Below are positions 26,301 to 37,400 of a stretch of DNA of 64,000 nt, in pieces. The notes beneath the pieces were generated by a model that did no database searches, had not been told where the DNA came from, and saw only the letters and a list, made by a program, of their open reading frames with translations. Source of the stretch: Histomonas meleagridis 2922-C6/04-290x (taxonomy: Eukaryota > Protista > Parabasalia); contig JAANOX010000193.1 of the NCBI GenBank assembly GCA_020184695.1, forward strand, positions 1 to 64,000, given 5' to 3'. Position 1 is the stretch's first letter; each line of letters opens with the position of its first letter. A program made the position numbers and the translations under genes.

Positions 26301-27308
26301 ATATGTAAGACTTTTTAATGTATATTCATTATTTATTTGAGGATTAGTATTTGTGTTATTTGGATACTCATATGGTTGTGTTGCATATTGTATTTGTTCT
26401 ATCAATGCTAATATTATCATCATATATGAATCTTGTATTAAAATTAAATCATTTTCAGTGATACAATGGAAGATAAATCGTTCGAGTAAAACTATTCCGC
26501 CATAGTCTAATTTTTGTATATAAGGGGAAATAATTAAGGAAAGTGTTTGAATGTCTTCTGTTTGTAAAATTGGGGCATTACAAGCATCAAGATCAGTTAA
26601 GACTTTAATCATATAATTGGATAAATCTTTATTAACACTCGTGGAAATGCGCTTAAGAAAAGGAGAAAACCTATAAAAGTCGGGAGCTGTAAGGTACTTA
26701 TTGTTGGACATGAATTTTAAAATGCTTTCATAAAACGAATCATTCCATGTGTTTGATGGTTCGGAAAAAATTACTTGAAGTAAGGACCTGGTAATATGGT
26801 TGACAATGTTTCTAATTGGAGTATCACCAATTAAGTTTAAACAATCAATAAGAATTGAATAATCACCTGGATTTTTTTCAGTTTCATTAAAAATCCATTG
26901 GAGTAACTGAAAACATACAATTACCACATATCCTTCTGAAACTTTTTGCTGAGATGAGTAAAAACGCAAAAATTCTTTTAAAAAGTCATGGGAATACTTA
27001 TAGTTAGGGCAAAACTTATTTAAAACATCTTGAGGACTTACTACTTTAATAAGATTCTGAGCACTTTGTTTATCCATGCTTGTGATATCATATTTGATGA
27101 TATGTATTTCACTGGGATAATAATTTTTATCATCGGTAATTTTAGAACTAATTTCATAATAATAATTTATTAAAGGAAACATTGATGATTGTATTAGAGA
27201 TTTTGTTTTTTCAAGTGTGCTCATTTTTTCAACAGATATTTTTGGTAACTCGATATGGGGCCCCCTGAATTTAACGTTTTTTATTACCCTCGGTGGATTA
27301 AAAACCAA
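20349..27308 (-). CDS. Beige/BEACH-domain protein (about 2300 aa) with C-terminal WD40-like region
   Basis: WQTNQLSNFETIMLLNIISGRSYHDSSMYLIFPNVL matches the BEACH N-terminus, preceded by a PH-like segment and followed by beta-propeller-like repeats. The exact start codon is uncertain. Confidence 0.8.
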   Translation of the reverse strand: MVFNPPRVIKNVKFRGPHIELPKISVEKMSTLEKTKSLIQSSMFPLINYYYEISSKITDDKNYYPSEIHIIKYDITSMDKQSAQNLIKVVSPQDVLNKFCPNYKYSHDFLKEFLRFYSSQQKVSEGYVVIVCFQLLQWIFNETEKNPGDYSILIDCLNLIGDTPIRNIVNHITRSLLQVIFSEPSNTWNDSFYESILKFMSNNKYLTAPDFYRFSPFLKRISTSVNKDLSNYMIKVLTDLDACNAPILQTEDIQTLSLIISPYIQKLDYGGIVLLERFIFHCITENDLILIQDSYMMIILALIEQIQYATQPYEYPNNTNTNPQINNEYTLKSLTYQFLTALNGDIKDNDEPPYECLIDSIEFEKLMSSEILKYSQLISAAFKTSENDIKGTKVHKAFFETFMMHIMVLSKNFYFQTCSCFLYILQYFKNKEFFINNMENLIKLIFPDLTNHVFQDEKLNICINCIRNKFIDILIDISSDLILKLILLLKEEVFIFTELLLRVLKSSKFNLTILNNKEFLYAISLNSLKLQQFNLNDNSQIILKTRNSIFIIMSELALNPLSLYSAISSSKFIYGYYRYIFEQPLTFSVIKTLRNSISQIQIKSKEIKLKSLISNIKNTIISCTVNFDDLIYQNLCKDLLNSLMYSFKHNPKISLMFESLIDPFSDYIIKQPNEQMLLDILTFYSYIASIKKQFEINEIIFNKLYKCIKSVYNNEPTILIEQKLFCLLCKNISINLGSMFLISVPSVLPLIIAIFGKSKRIVPIIKYINDLCEYSDYNRRLCHDGDLYLIFSIFICSKTNETIINYRGCQFSLHIDEEITQKYVVPLLTTIMISKSSKINSHYLVESIVKEENHQICDLLGKLITKCQSIPSAIFSLSYSDALFDVNGVNSFDLNNNFTVHFMLNLDTQLLMESNVHIKILTITDTLNNQLIIFLNQMVLYAKYESVTTRTTVVLMKFQDSNVWNHISIVFKFQEKALSLNNYKNLIQYNDSELCNFRFTEGPLQLIFGGIDDQDPISPEWKDHQFGKIGDFQIFPFAFDNKNVKTLIKSPWKIIDKCLFSTNIITNPSIKGTFNVERNNTFQRNKPKSKLIINVYDKYPSPLPILDAMVNCNECNTLVKFFNHFNTSSFTYTSMILGMISQLFKRSITPQKEFNGVDLILYNLSKSPEKLSSDLYFSFFYVFGNITYKDLQKQWFDTFILNPLFWIQCSSSHFYIILKHWNSNLVETYEYIFNDFNSDVESYFSSLLNQYMLLFCLKEDYSSEFITEKKNLLNETYTKEMINKCSDLFINLLSRISFIILTEKDIENLFLQINNWKNKQNLIQMFKLTQNISIPILKETKLLNKYLLNLHSLLNNEDIDIIENCLLTIIKLTYQNTNSFIIHLISSGFQFKSNSNQLEILNRMRKYIKEIPEIFILICILSLHLGNQTHGIVCQIFKEIKQLKLLMKLNSLWYIYPILLSFKTNLENTQEIYDFISYVLFLEQDENKRINEFNQICSLIFVVCNYYKTEINHYFILLQNIQTYLTNNNFSNKFFDFVIQNAFYFCFYSFSTKTHHKELIDLYKSSIFYENDFNIITYPILKNYDIQIEDDNFIYDISLRIETDLLHQIFSLNLDDSGNWNNLEVANIGISLIKNSNLKNEFLKYYNMFLNFIDKSQINENVRNNLIQNSEFFFQINKSKSENLLKSSLNQIFNTIKNEFKYIYQIIKENSLTYDQKNINNINNEYQLYQNRIPNNINNKIIYVRDFCVCNNCYCSPKLKIKKQFKPKTYKPFYNDIATVTYKTTATLIQYTKITKIVFEVHTKKFIITSNVKQRIIKFNEIQSLFIKRKYTAIEIILYTGKSYLIDFENNKSINRLILHPVSINETKNNVIEMWQTNQLSNFETIMLLNIISGRSYHDSSMYLIFPNVLYSFDDINSIRSEITVTETNILPNVNTRDAINNHSILPVDFYTTCECITNIPNWANNSFDFIYKLRRILEPKIITQQLHLWLQNVFSINTFMKHIPLFDKQIPKKNVVSNYNKCFKKYEIKLEDRKIISSTRLVGNSLQALISDGSIIKISYDDNAGLITSKVSQINDFDHNFNVFCVETKKIGIFSKEKHNAKIVENSNIVSNIEIFAELELISIFDKSILFCPDSSTVAIKSKNSTTKILCYTNNRITNLEANSVFKIFVVVTIDGVLQVHNLINGEIVNKIKLGFETKKILITPKWGMIIAFTVSPNNDIFVFNVNGKLIKRFQTSEKIINYFTFCSKEAFDLVAFENESHVIKYFDPMKPEKLNRVIEAHEEVSIVMYNASKALFLIMTKNGKITVLMKEINMLDE

Positions 27309-27603
27309 TTATAGTATTGCATATTAAATATAGTTTATTTAAAAATAATTCACCAAACATATTGAAAATTAATTATTAATCAAATTCTGTGTATTGTTGA
27401 TAAATACATAAAACATGAAATTTGAAATTTAAAAAATAGAAAAAAAAAATGAAATGGAGAAATTTTTGAATACTTTACTTAGACTCAGAAGTGACAGCAT
27501 TTTGACTTTTTCAGAATGAATATGATCATTTATCATACAATTTTCCAATGTGGCCAATGAATTTTAAGTTTTCAATTTTCAGTTATGTCGGACCATTTTT
27601 TTT

Positions 27604-30600
27604 ATGTTCAAACAAGTAGATGATCGCAGCCTATTAGGCGACATCGAAAAAGAAATTCTTGAATATTGGAACAAAATTGATGCTTTTCATCGATCTCTCG
27701 AGTTAAACAAAGACAAACCTGATTTCGTATTCTATGATGGTCCTCCTTTTGCTACTGGTTTACCACATTATGGTCACATTCTTGCAGGTACTATTAAAGA
27801 TGTTGTTACACGTTATGCACATCAAACTGGTCACAATGTTGAAAGAAGATTTGGTTGGGATACCCACGGATTACCAGTAGAACACGAAGTTGATAGTGAT
27901 CTTAAAATTACAGATCGTCGTCAAATAGAAGAAATGGGTATTGATGTTTATAATGAAAAGTGTCGATCAATTGTTCTTCGTTACCAAGCAGAGTGGGAAC
28001 GTATCATTGGTCGTACAGGACGTTGGATAGATTTCAAAAATTGTTATAAGACAATGGATCCTTCATTCATGGAATCTGAATGGTGGGTATTTAAGCAACT
28101 TTGGGACAAAGATCTTGTTTACCGTGGTGTAAAAGTTATGCCATATTCCACTGGCTGTAAGACACCACTTTCCAATTTTGAAGCTGGTGAGAATTATCAA
28201 AAAGTTAGTGATCCATGTCTTTCAGTTTCATTCACTGTTCCTGGAAAAGATTACAGATTCGTAGCTTGGACAACAACACCATGGACTCTTCCATCCAATC
28301 TTGCACTTGCAGTTAATCCAAAACTCACTTATTGCCGCGTAGTTGACAACAAGACACAAAAGAAATATGTCCTTATGAAAGACAGACTTTGTGAAATTTT
28401 CAATCTTAAGGATAAGAAGTCATATACAATTGAAGAAGAATTCTTAGGAAAAGAACTTGTTGGTATTAAATATGAGCCTCTTTTCCCATACTTCAAAGAA
28501 TGGAGTGACAAAGGTTGCTTCCAAGTCATTGATGCTGATTATGTATCTAATGAAGATGGTACAGGTATTGTTCACATCGCTCCAGGATTTGGTGAGGAAG
28601 ACTTTAACGCTTGTATGAAGAAAGGTCTTATTAAGAAAGGCGAAAAAATCGTTTGTCCAATTGATGATAATGGTTGTTTCACTAATGAAGTAACTGATTA
28701 TGCAGGAATGTATGTCAAAGATGCTGACGCCAAAATCATTGCAGATCTTAAAGCAAATGGTCATCTTGTCCAAACTGGTAAAATTGTCCACAGCTATCCA
28801 TTCTGCTGGAGATCGGATACCCCACTTATCTATCGTGCAGTTCCATCATGGTTTGTTCGTGTTGAAGCCAATCGTGAAAAGTTAATCGAAAACACACGTA
28901 ACACTGATTGGGTGCCCCGTTCTATTCGTGATGGCAGATTCATTGAATGGCTTAAGGGTGCCCGAGATTGGGCCATCTCACGTAACCGTTATTGGGGTAC
29001 CCCAATTCCAATATGGACCGATGATGAATATAGTGAATATGTAGTTGTAGGTTCAATAGCTGAATTAGAAGAACTTTCAGGTGTCAAAGGAATCACTGAT
29101 ATCCACAAGCATAAGATTGATAACATTTTAATCAAGTCACCAAAGACAGGTAAAATGTTACATCGTATTCCAGAAGTCTTTGACTGTTGGTTTGAATCAG
29201 GTTCAATGCCATTTTCACAAAATCATATTCCATTCTCAGGTAAAAAGTTCATCCAAGCAGACTTTATCGCCGAAGGTTTAGATCAAACAAGAGGCTGGTT
29301 CTATACCCTTACAGTTTTATCCACTCTTTTAGGATACACATCACCATTCAAGCACGTTATTGTCAATGGTTTAATCTTAGCTGAAGATGGCAAGAAGATG
29401 TCCAAACGTCTTAAGAACTATCCAGATCCAATGAAAATTATGGAAGAAATTGGTGCTGATTCATTACGTTTATACTTAGTTAACTCACCAGCAGTACATG
29501 CAGATCCAATGCGCTTTAAGGAAGCAGGTGTTCGCCAAGTTACACGCGATGTAATGTTACCATGGCTTAATTCAATCAAGTTCTTCATCCAACAAGTTTT
29601 ACGTCATGGAAATAACTTCAAGCGTAACAAGAAATTAGCCGAAGAATCAACAAACATTTTGGATAGATGGATTCTTTCTCGCTTAAATAGAATCATCAAG
29701 TTTGTACATCAAGAAATGAAGCAATATCATCTTTATAGCGTTCTCCCAGAACTTGTTAAGTTCATTGATGAAATGACCAATTGGTATGTTAGACTTAATC
29801 GTGAAAGACTTAAGTCTGGAAAAGATTACCAAACAGGAATTGCAGTTTTATATGAATTATTATTCAACTTATCAGTATTAATGGCGCCATTCACTCCATT
29901 CTTCTCTGAATATTCTTATCAAAACCTTAAGCCAGGTCTTGAAGATAGTGAAAAGGTTGACTCAGTACACTTCTTAATGTTACCACAATCAAATCAGGAC
30001 TTAATTGATACCAGCATAGAAAGACAAGTCGGATTTATGCAATCTGCAATCCGTATCGCACGAGCTGTCCGTGATAAGAAGAGAATCCAAATCCGAAGAC
30101 CGTTAAAGGAGTTAATTATCGTATGCTCTGAAAAAGTTAAAGCTGCGATCGAACCACTCACAAATTACATCACAAGTGAAATTCACGTTCTTAATATATC
30201 TTATGATGTTAATGAAAGTAAATATGTTCAATTCACTGCGCAAGCTGATGGTAAAATATTAGGACGTAAGTATGGAAAGAAATTAAAGGATATAAATCAA
30301 GCATTGAAACAACTTTCATATGATAAAATGGCTGAACTTTACAACAAAAGTGTCCAAGCACAAGTTAATGGAGAACCTGCTCCACAATTTGATGTGTTAC
30401 CTGATACACCTGTCACTACTGAAGAAATTAATATCATGAGAGCATTCGTTTCACCTGATGAAAAGAAATACGCAGGTGGTGTTGATGGCGAAATCACAGC
30501 ATTTTGTGACTTGCAAGTTACTGATCAAATACTTGACATCTCATACGCAAGAGAAATTAGAAACAGAATTCAACAGTCACGAAAGAAGCTCGGGCTACAG

Positions 30601-30810
30601 CCAACTGATAAAATTAATATATTCGTCGAAACTGATGATGAAAAACTTTTGGAAATATTGAAGTCTGAAAACGAGGCAGTGAAGTCTGCGTTAGGCATCA
30701 AGTACACAATTGGAAATCCTTCTGGAGAAGTAATCGGAGAACCAATTGATGAAAAGATTCAAATTGTTAACAATGAGGCACCAATTAAAATTACAATAAC
30801 TAAGCAATAA
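27604..30810 (+). CDS. IARS1: Isoleucyl-tRNA synthetase, eukaryotic cytosolic type
   Basis: FYDGPPFATGLPHYGH (HIGH), GWDTHGLP, WTTTPWTLPSN, DWAISRNRYWGTP and KMSKR motifs; intact 1068 aa. Confidence 0.98.
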   Translation: MFKQVDDRSLLGDIEKEILEYWNKIDAFHRSLELNKDKPDFVFYDGPPFATGLPHYGHILAGTIKDVVTRYAHQTGHNVERRFGWDTHGLPVEHEVDSDLKITDRRQIEEMGIDVYNEKCRSIVLRYQAEWERIIGRTGRWIDFKNCYKTMDPSFMESEWWVFKQLWDKDLVYRGVKVMPYSTGCKTPLSNFEAGENYQKVSDPCLSVSFTVPGKDYRFVAWTTTPWTLPSNLALAVNPKLTYCRVVDNKTQKKYVLMKDRLCEIFNLKDKKSYTIEEEFLGKELVGIKYEPLFPYFKEWSDKGCFQVIDADYVSNEDGTGIVHIAPGFGEEDFNACMKKGLIKKGEKIVCPIDDNGCFTNEVTDYAGMYVKDADAKIIADLKANGHLVQTGKIVHSYPFCWRSDTPLIYRAVPSWFVRVEANREKLIENTRNTDWVPRSIRDGRFIEWLKGARDWAISRNRYWGTPIPIWTDDEYSEYVVVGSIAELEELSGVKGITDIHKHKIDNILIKSPKTGKMLHRIPEVFDCWFESGSMPFSQNHIPFSGKKFIQADFIAEGLDQTRGWFYTLTVLSTLLGYTSPFKHVIVNGLILAEDGKKMSKRLKNYPDPMKIMEEIGADSLRLYLVNSPAVHADPMRFKEAGVRQVTRDVMLPWLNSIKFFIQQVLRHGNNFKRNKKLAEESTNILDRWILSRLNRIIKFVHQEMKQYHLYSVLPELVKFIDEMTNWYVRLNRERLKSGKDYQTGIAVLYELLFNLSVLMAPFTPFFSEYSYQNLKPGLEDSEKVDSVHFLMLPQSNQDLIDTSIERQVGFMQSAIRIARAVRDKKRIQIRRPLKELIIVCSEKVKAAIEPLTNYITSEIHVLNISYDVNESKYVQFTAQADGKILGRKYGKKLKDINQALKQLSYDKMAELYNKSVQAQVNGEPAPQFDVLPDTPVTTEEINIMRAFVSPDEKKYAGGVDGEITAFCDLQVTDQILDISYAREIRNRIQQSRKKLGLQPTDKINIFVETDDEKLLEILKSENEAVKSALGIKYTIGNPSGEVIGEPIDEKIQIVNNEAPIKITITKQ

Positions 30811-31188
30811 AAAAATAATATAAAACCTGAATTTTGACTGAAACTTCATTGTTCATTCTTCTGTTCGATTGCGATTAACAAATTTTTTATCGTATTAAAT
30901 CCGATGAATTTTTTGATGTATGCAGCTGATTAATATGTTCGATCTAATACTGAATGTTTTTGTCATCTTAATAAAGTTAAATCAGAACGGTGTGTCGTAC
31001 ACATTTTTTCTTTGTTGATTTTTCCAGCGGAAAAAAAGTATTATAATAAGAGTATGGAATTATCATTTTTTAAAAATTTATTATAATACTTGATATTTAA
31101 GATTACCTTGATATTTGTTTTTATTTGACATAATATAAAATCATATATAAAACACATTTCTAATAAATGAATATTTTTTTCACTTCAC

Positions 31189-34047
31189 ATGGGGCGCCTC
31201 TTTTATTTGGTGTATGGCTCTGAATTTTTGATCGGCAGCTTTAATGAAAGCATGAAATTTCTACATAAAACCCTAATTCCATCCCAATGTCTCGTATTTT
31301 GCACAGACTATTTACGCAAATCTCAATCCAATTTCGAATCGGTATTTTGTTATACTGATAGAATTGAAATTGTTTCACTCAAAAATGAGAATGATCATAT
31401 TTTTTATAAAACTTTAAAAACGCATCATGTTGAAACTCCAGTCAAATGGTGCGCAGTGTGCAAGAACCTAATTTTTTATTTGACAAATTATAATGTAATA
31501 ATATCAGATTTAAAAAACCCTTTCCAACAGAGAGAAAATATAATGCTTCCACAAACAATGGGTAATTTATGTTATTTTTCTGTATGCCTCAATCTCAAAT
31601 ATATTTGTTTTAGTGCAGAAAATTCACAAATATTTTTCATTCAAACAGATAATCAAAATTTCTTTCCACGAATGATAGACGTTCATGACGGCTTTATTAC
31701 AGGAATTTCACCAGGGGCTGAAGAAAATTCTTTTTTCGTATTAATTAAACATGATGAAAACAAAAATGTCTATATATTCAATCCGTCCACAGAAGAAATT
31801 ACTCTTATATGCGAAGTTTCAAATGATGCACTTGGATTAATTCCGTACAAAAATGATGAATTTTCATCTCCAATTTTTTATTCTTCTAATTCCATTTTTA
31901 CGAATGATAAACTCATATTCCAAACCAAAGGTGACATTGTTTCTGAACCGAAGCAAATAGATTTATTTATTTGTTTTTTTACCAGCGATAATTTTTTTAT
32001 TATTATCAATCCTCTTGATTGTAACGTAATTACACTTTCCAGTTCTCCGTCTTTTACAACATTCTTCAAAATTTTTTCGTCTGCGATTGTTTGTGCTGGT
32101 GCAAATCTTCCTCTAACTTTGGTAAAATTTAACCCCCAAGAAACCGAAAATTCTGAATTTTCTGAACTTTACTCGATCGAACTTAATACAATTCCGAAAT
32201 CAATTTTTTATGATAATAAAAACCTTTTTATCTCCAGCAAAAACAAGCTTTATAAGGTTACATGTGAATTAGCTCGTGACAATGAACCATTAGCTGAAAT
32301 TGATCCACAACTGGGAGAAGGTCGATTATATTCAATTTCAAGTAAAGTCCTATTTTCTAATTCAACACAAGCAAAAATTGTTTACGGTAAAAGTAATCCT
32401 AATATTCACGAAGATGGTTGCACAATCAAAACGTTATATTTTCGAAAAAAACATTATCAAATAATGAAAAACGTTATATATTGTAATGGCAAAGAAGAAG
32501 CGCAAATGAAGAATGACATCAAATATGTAACTTCGTGCAGTTCAGCAATAGTCATAGTAACAACTAATAATGAGATAAGTTTATTTCAACGTAGTTTTAA
32601 AGATGTATCTTCATTTGAAATCGATCTCGATGGAGCTGATATCACAGCAATAACAGTAACACCAAAATATATTATTGTTGCTGCATTCGATGAAAAGATT
32701 CAATCTTCAGGTCAACTTTTTGTTCTTGATTATGACTTTAATGGCTTTGGTGAAGAATATTCTTTCCCTTCTCCAATAACTGAGTTAATTACTCTTGAAA
32801 AATTTGGTCATTTATTTGGCGCATGTAAAAACGGATCAATTTTTAAGCTGATGATTTCGAAAGAAAAAGGTTTACTTGGCGAAATTTCGTATATATACTT
32901 CGGAGATCATATTTCAGAAATGTTACAGATAAATGAAAATGAGTTCACTTTCATTGATAACAATGAAATTTTCTTATACACAAACAAGAAAATATGTTCA
33001 ACTGGAATTAAAGATGTAATGTCAATGTGTGAATTAGATTCAAAATTAGTTTACGTATCAAATTATAAATTATATATACAAGAAATCAAGAAGGCGAAAA
33101 TTGAACATCGCCTTAGTTCTGTATATGATTTTGATCAAAACGTAATACAAGTTTTGACTTTTAATAATTACAAATTTGTTCTTCTTGAAAATTCAATTGT
33201 TTTGTTTGATGGCACACAAATAATTCAATCGCTCCAACTCAATGGCCGTTGTAAATCATTCAATATACACCAAAAGAAAAATGGCACTTTTGTGATTGCC
33301 GTTCTAAATGAAAACCTCAAAGACATATTAATTGCTACATATGCAGTCAATGAAGAAATAACTCCTCAATTTTCTCATTCATTTGATTTCTGTGTCCAAC
33401 AAATTTGCTTCTATAACAATCGACTTCTGATAAATTCAGGAGATTTACTCAGAATTGCTAAAATCAAAAACAACGAGCTCATGTTAAGCAAAACAATTCT
33501 CAAGGCAAACAGTAGAATCACAGGTATGGCCTTCTTTTCTCAAAATCTTTGGATCACATTTGATTCTGCAGTTTCTGTATTAAGATACAATTACTCAAGC
33601 GAAAAGTTCGAATATGTTTCTACTAGTGACGTTAGTACTAATGTGTCCGCTTTAACACCAATTGATAGGTTAACGGCTGTTTGTGAATCGAATGGACAAA
33701 TCACATTTCTCGAAATTCCTAACAATGCATCACATGGGTTTATTAGACAATTTTCTGGCCGCACTCCATTGCTTAATGAGACGCAAGCTTTCATTTGCTC
33801 ATCTCCAATTTTGGATTTTTTGTCTTCAGAAAATTCACTTTTTTATGTGACTGTTGATGGTTGTGTGGGCGCATTCATACCGCTGAAACTTAAAAAGAGA
33901 TACGAAACACTGCGGGAAGTGTGGGAAAGATGCGGTGGAACAGAAGAAATAATAGATATGGATCGAATTGAAACAACGGATGACCTAAAGATTTCCTTTT
34001 ATGAAGAGTCAGTAATTACTAAGACATTAATTCCAATTTCTTTTTAA
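31189..34047 (+). CDS. DDB1/CPSF1/SF3B3-like multi-beta-propeller protein
   Basis: 952-aa beta-rich ORF with a C-terminal CPSF_A-like LFYVTVDGCVGAFIPL. TCACTT initiator at 31181-86. Confidence 0.55.
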   Translation: MGRLFYLVYGSEFLIGSFNESMKFLHKTLIPSQCLVFCTDYLRKSQSNFESVFCYTDRIEIVSLKNENDHIFYKTLKTHHVETPVKWCAVCKNLIFYLTNYNVIISDLKNPFQQRENIMLPQTMGNLCYFSVCLNLKYICFSAENSQIFFIQTDNQNFFPRMIDVHDGFITGISPGAEENSFFVLIKHDENKNVYIFNPSTEEITLICEVSNDALGLIPYKNDEFSSPIFYSSNSIFTNDKLIFQTKGDIVSEPKQIDLFICFFTSDNFFIIINPLDCNVITLSSSPSFTTFFKIFSSAIVCAGANLPLTLVKFNPQETENSEFSELYSIELNTIPKSIFYDNKNLFISSKNKLYKVTCELARDNEPLAEIDPQLGEGRLYSISSKVLFSNSTQAKIVYGKSNPNIHEDGCTIKTLYFRKKHYQIMKNVIYCNGKEEAQMKNDIKYVTSCSSAIVIVTTNNEISLFQRSFKDVSSFEIDLDGADITAITVTPKYIIVAAFDEKIQSSGQLFVLDYDFNGFGEEYSFPSPITELITLEKFGHLFGACKNGSIFKLMISKEKGLLGEISYIYFGDHISEMLQINENEFTFIDNNEIFLYTNKKICSTGIKDVMSMCELDSKLVYVSNYKLYIQEIKKAKIEHRLSSVYDFDQNVIQVLTFNNYKFVLLENSIVLFDGTQIIQSLQLNGRCKSFNIHQKKNGTFVIAVLNENLKDILIATYAVNEEITPQFSHSFDFCVQQICFYNNRLLINSGDLLRIAKIKNNELMLSKTILKANSRITGMAFFSQNLWITFDSAVSVLRYNYSSEKFEYVSTSDVSTNVSALTPIDRLTAVCESNGQITFLEIPNNASHGFIRQFSGRTPLLNETQAFICSSPILDFLSSENSLFYVTVDGCVGAFIPLKLKKRYETLREVWERCGGTEEIIDMDRIETTDDLKISFYEESVITKTLIPISF

Positions 34048-34487
34048 CTAAATAATAATTTGTTAAAAAGGAAACTCAAATTACAATACATTTTGTAAAA
34101 CAAATCTGAATACTTTTTTTTTAAAGAACTTAATATACTTTTTAAATATGCATACATCTATTAAAAGAACAATTTTTGTTGTTTGGCGCCAATTATTTAT
34201 TCGAACAAAATATAACGATAACGCATTTTCAGAATTTTCAATGCATAACCTCTACGATAAATAATGAAATCACTTAAAATTTGAAGATTTTTTTATTTAT
34301 ATAATTTTATTGTTATTTATAACATATTTTCAGCATCATCTTATATTATCAAATCAAATAGTCAAATTTTTATGTTTATCTTAATGACTTTAAATGATAA
34401 TTTTTTAGCGTCGTTTGCGATTTTTGAGCTCCATTCAAAACTGTGCACTGAATTGTGAAACTACTTTTTGATTACTTTATCCAGCAG

Positions 34488-37400
34488 ATGGAAGAAAGGG
34501 GAAAAGTTGCGGTTATTTCATTAGATGGAATCCACTCAACAATGTTTCACGCAGCGAGCGTGAATGGACGAACATCAGAACAAATTATTAAAGATAATAA
34601 ATTAAAAACAAATATTATTGGAATTACCACTCCTTACATTCAAAGAGCTCTTGGACCAAATGAAGTCCCGTCTTCTCTATATCCTAAGATTATTCGAACA
34701 GATGATTGTGGAAGGTATAGACTTCCTGCATATTATTTAACAGTAATGAATGAAAATCAAAAAAACAAAATAACATTTTATGTCAACGTCAGGTCAACAC
34801 AAAAATTTAAATTTCCAAAATTTCCAGTTACTATAGATCCACAACAATTTTCCGATAAAACACTCAAGGATTTGTTAGAATTCATTGATCACTCATTTAC
34901 ATTTTCACACTCTGATTCATCTTTGCAAATTGGAAGTTTTGTTCCACCAGATGATTATCCCGCCAATGAATTATTAAACCAAGCACGGACCAAAAACCTA
35001 ACTTTAAAGTGCACATTAAATAAAGAGTACTTAGCCATTATAAATCGTCGGACAGATCTACTTAAAGAACTACATCAAACTGAAAAGCAATTTATCAAAT
35101 CTCTCAAAGACTTCATTTCATACTGGCCATCATGTCTAATGAATGAACATCTTATAACTTTTGATGAAATCATTTATATTTTTAAATTCTACAAAAAATT
35201 AATTGAAGTCCATTCAATTCTTGAACTTGCTTTTGAAGAAAGAGGCACCTTTTTTGACTCAGAATATTCAGATATCTTTTGTGACTTTTCTGAAAACTTT
35301 AAAGAGTCAGTAGACTTTTGCAAAAGTTTAACTAGTGTTGAATCGATGTTTGAAATCAAAAGTCAAAACAAAGCGTGGAATGAGAAACTTGAAGAGATAT
35401 ATAATTCCACGCTTAATCCATCCAGTAAGACACTTCTTGAATTTCTTGATTTACCAATTGAGCAATACAATAAATATTTGACATTTTTGTTACAACTTCG
35501 TACAGTTACTCCTCCAACTCATCCAGATTCAAGACTCCTTACTGAGGTCATTGAGAAGTATCAAGTGCATTACGACTCGTTAAAAGACATCAAACGCCTA
35601 AACGAACAGAGTCCTCAAATTACTTCACTCCAAGATTCACTTCACGGGTTTGTTATTATATCGCCAAATCGTGAATTACTCAAATCTTATAATGTTAAAA
35701 TCATCGAACCCATACCACAAAAAGGCACATTACATTTATTTAATAACTTAATATTACTTACTACCACTAAAATGAGGAAAGAGCAAGTTTTATTTGAACG
35801 AAAGTTATGTGAATTCCGATATAATATTAATGATTCAGTATTAACATTTTCTAAGTCACAACGTCGTTTATTTGATTTTAAGATTGAACTATCGAATAAA
35901 GAAGAAACAAATGAATTAACTAAAATGATTGAAGATTCACAAATCGAAAGTTATAAAGCGAATGGACATTATGATAAAATAATGATATACACGTTATTAA
36001 ATCTTGATCAACAACTTCCAAATCTTTCATATCATCAATGTGTTATATATAACAAACATATATATTATTTCGGTGGTAAAAACAACAATGAATATTCACA
36101 TAATATTATTGATATTAACTTAAACACAATGAAACATCAACAAATGGAATGTCCAATTGGAGATTTAATCTATCATTCAGTCGTATCTAACAAAGACAAA
36201 ATTTATATTTTTGGTGGATTAAATTCAAATGAACAAATTAGTGAAAAGTTTTGGCAATATACTCCTGCAACTAATGATTGGGAAGAACTTGAATTACCGA
36301 GTGAAGGCGGTAGATATGGTCATACATTAGTGTCGTATGCAAATGATCTTTACTTATTCGGTGGGAGGAATTCAACAAAAGTTTTTGCTGATTTACAGAA
36401 ATTTGACACCATCTCTAAAAAGTGGACAAAAATAGATGTGCCTGGTTCACCTAAACCAAGATACTTCCATACTGCGACAACGAGATCCAACTATATGCTA
36501 ATATTCGGAGGAAAAGATAAGGCTAACGTTAGTTTATCGACATTATTTTTATTTGATATCAATACACATCAATGGAAACGTTCAGAAGTTATTGGAGAGC
36601 CAATCCAAGGACGATACCTGTGTCAGTCATTTGCAATACATAAGTGGTTCTTCTGTATGGGCGGCACAAATGGAACGGAAATATTTGAACCATTTTGTGT
36701 CTGCTTTTCCAATACAAGAACAACATCGTACAACTTAAGGTCTGGTGGTAATGACAGGCAAGCTTTACTTAACTTCTCATTATCTGCATATCGCTCATCG
36801 ATTTATATATATGGCGGAATATTAACTGGATCAGAGAATTCATCGAATATGTTATTCAAAGTTGAATTGCCAAACCTTCTGAAGCAATTTGAAGAAAAAT
36901 CGCGTAATACAATAGCTGTAAAACCAATCGAAAACTTTGGCTCTTCAATGATCAAAGGAAGCAAACAATCAAGTGGCGAACATCGAAAGAGGCATTCGCG
37001 TGTAATGCGTCGAAGGTCACATATTGTCACCAATAATCATCCGAAAATTAATTTGGATGATAATGAAACCAATTTACAACTTATGATCAAAAAGGTACCA
37101 TCACCCAAACGACTAGTCGACATGCCAGCACCTTTGGACTCACTGAACCCTGGCAGCATCATCAGCGAGCCAAACCTCAAAGAAAAACGCAAGAAAAAAC
37201 CGCCGCTACCTCCTCGAAGGAAAAGTGACGAAACATTGTCGCAAAACATTGGTGAAGAAAAACGTAAGAAACAACTTATGTCGGATATTTCAGGCGTTCC
37301 TCCATTGGATATGATCGAAGATTCATATTCAACCGAAAATTCATCAGAAATTAAGTTCGTAAGAATGGCTAAAAGAGGCATTAGAACAATGAGCTCTCAG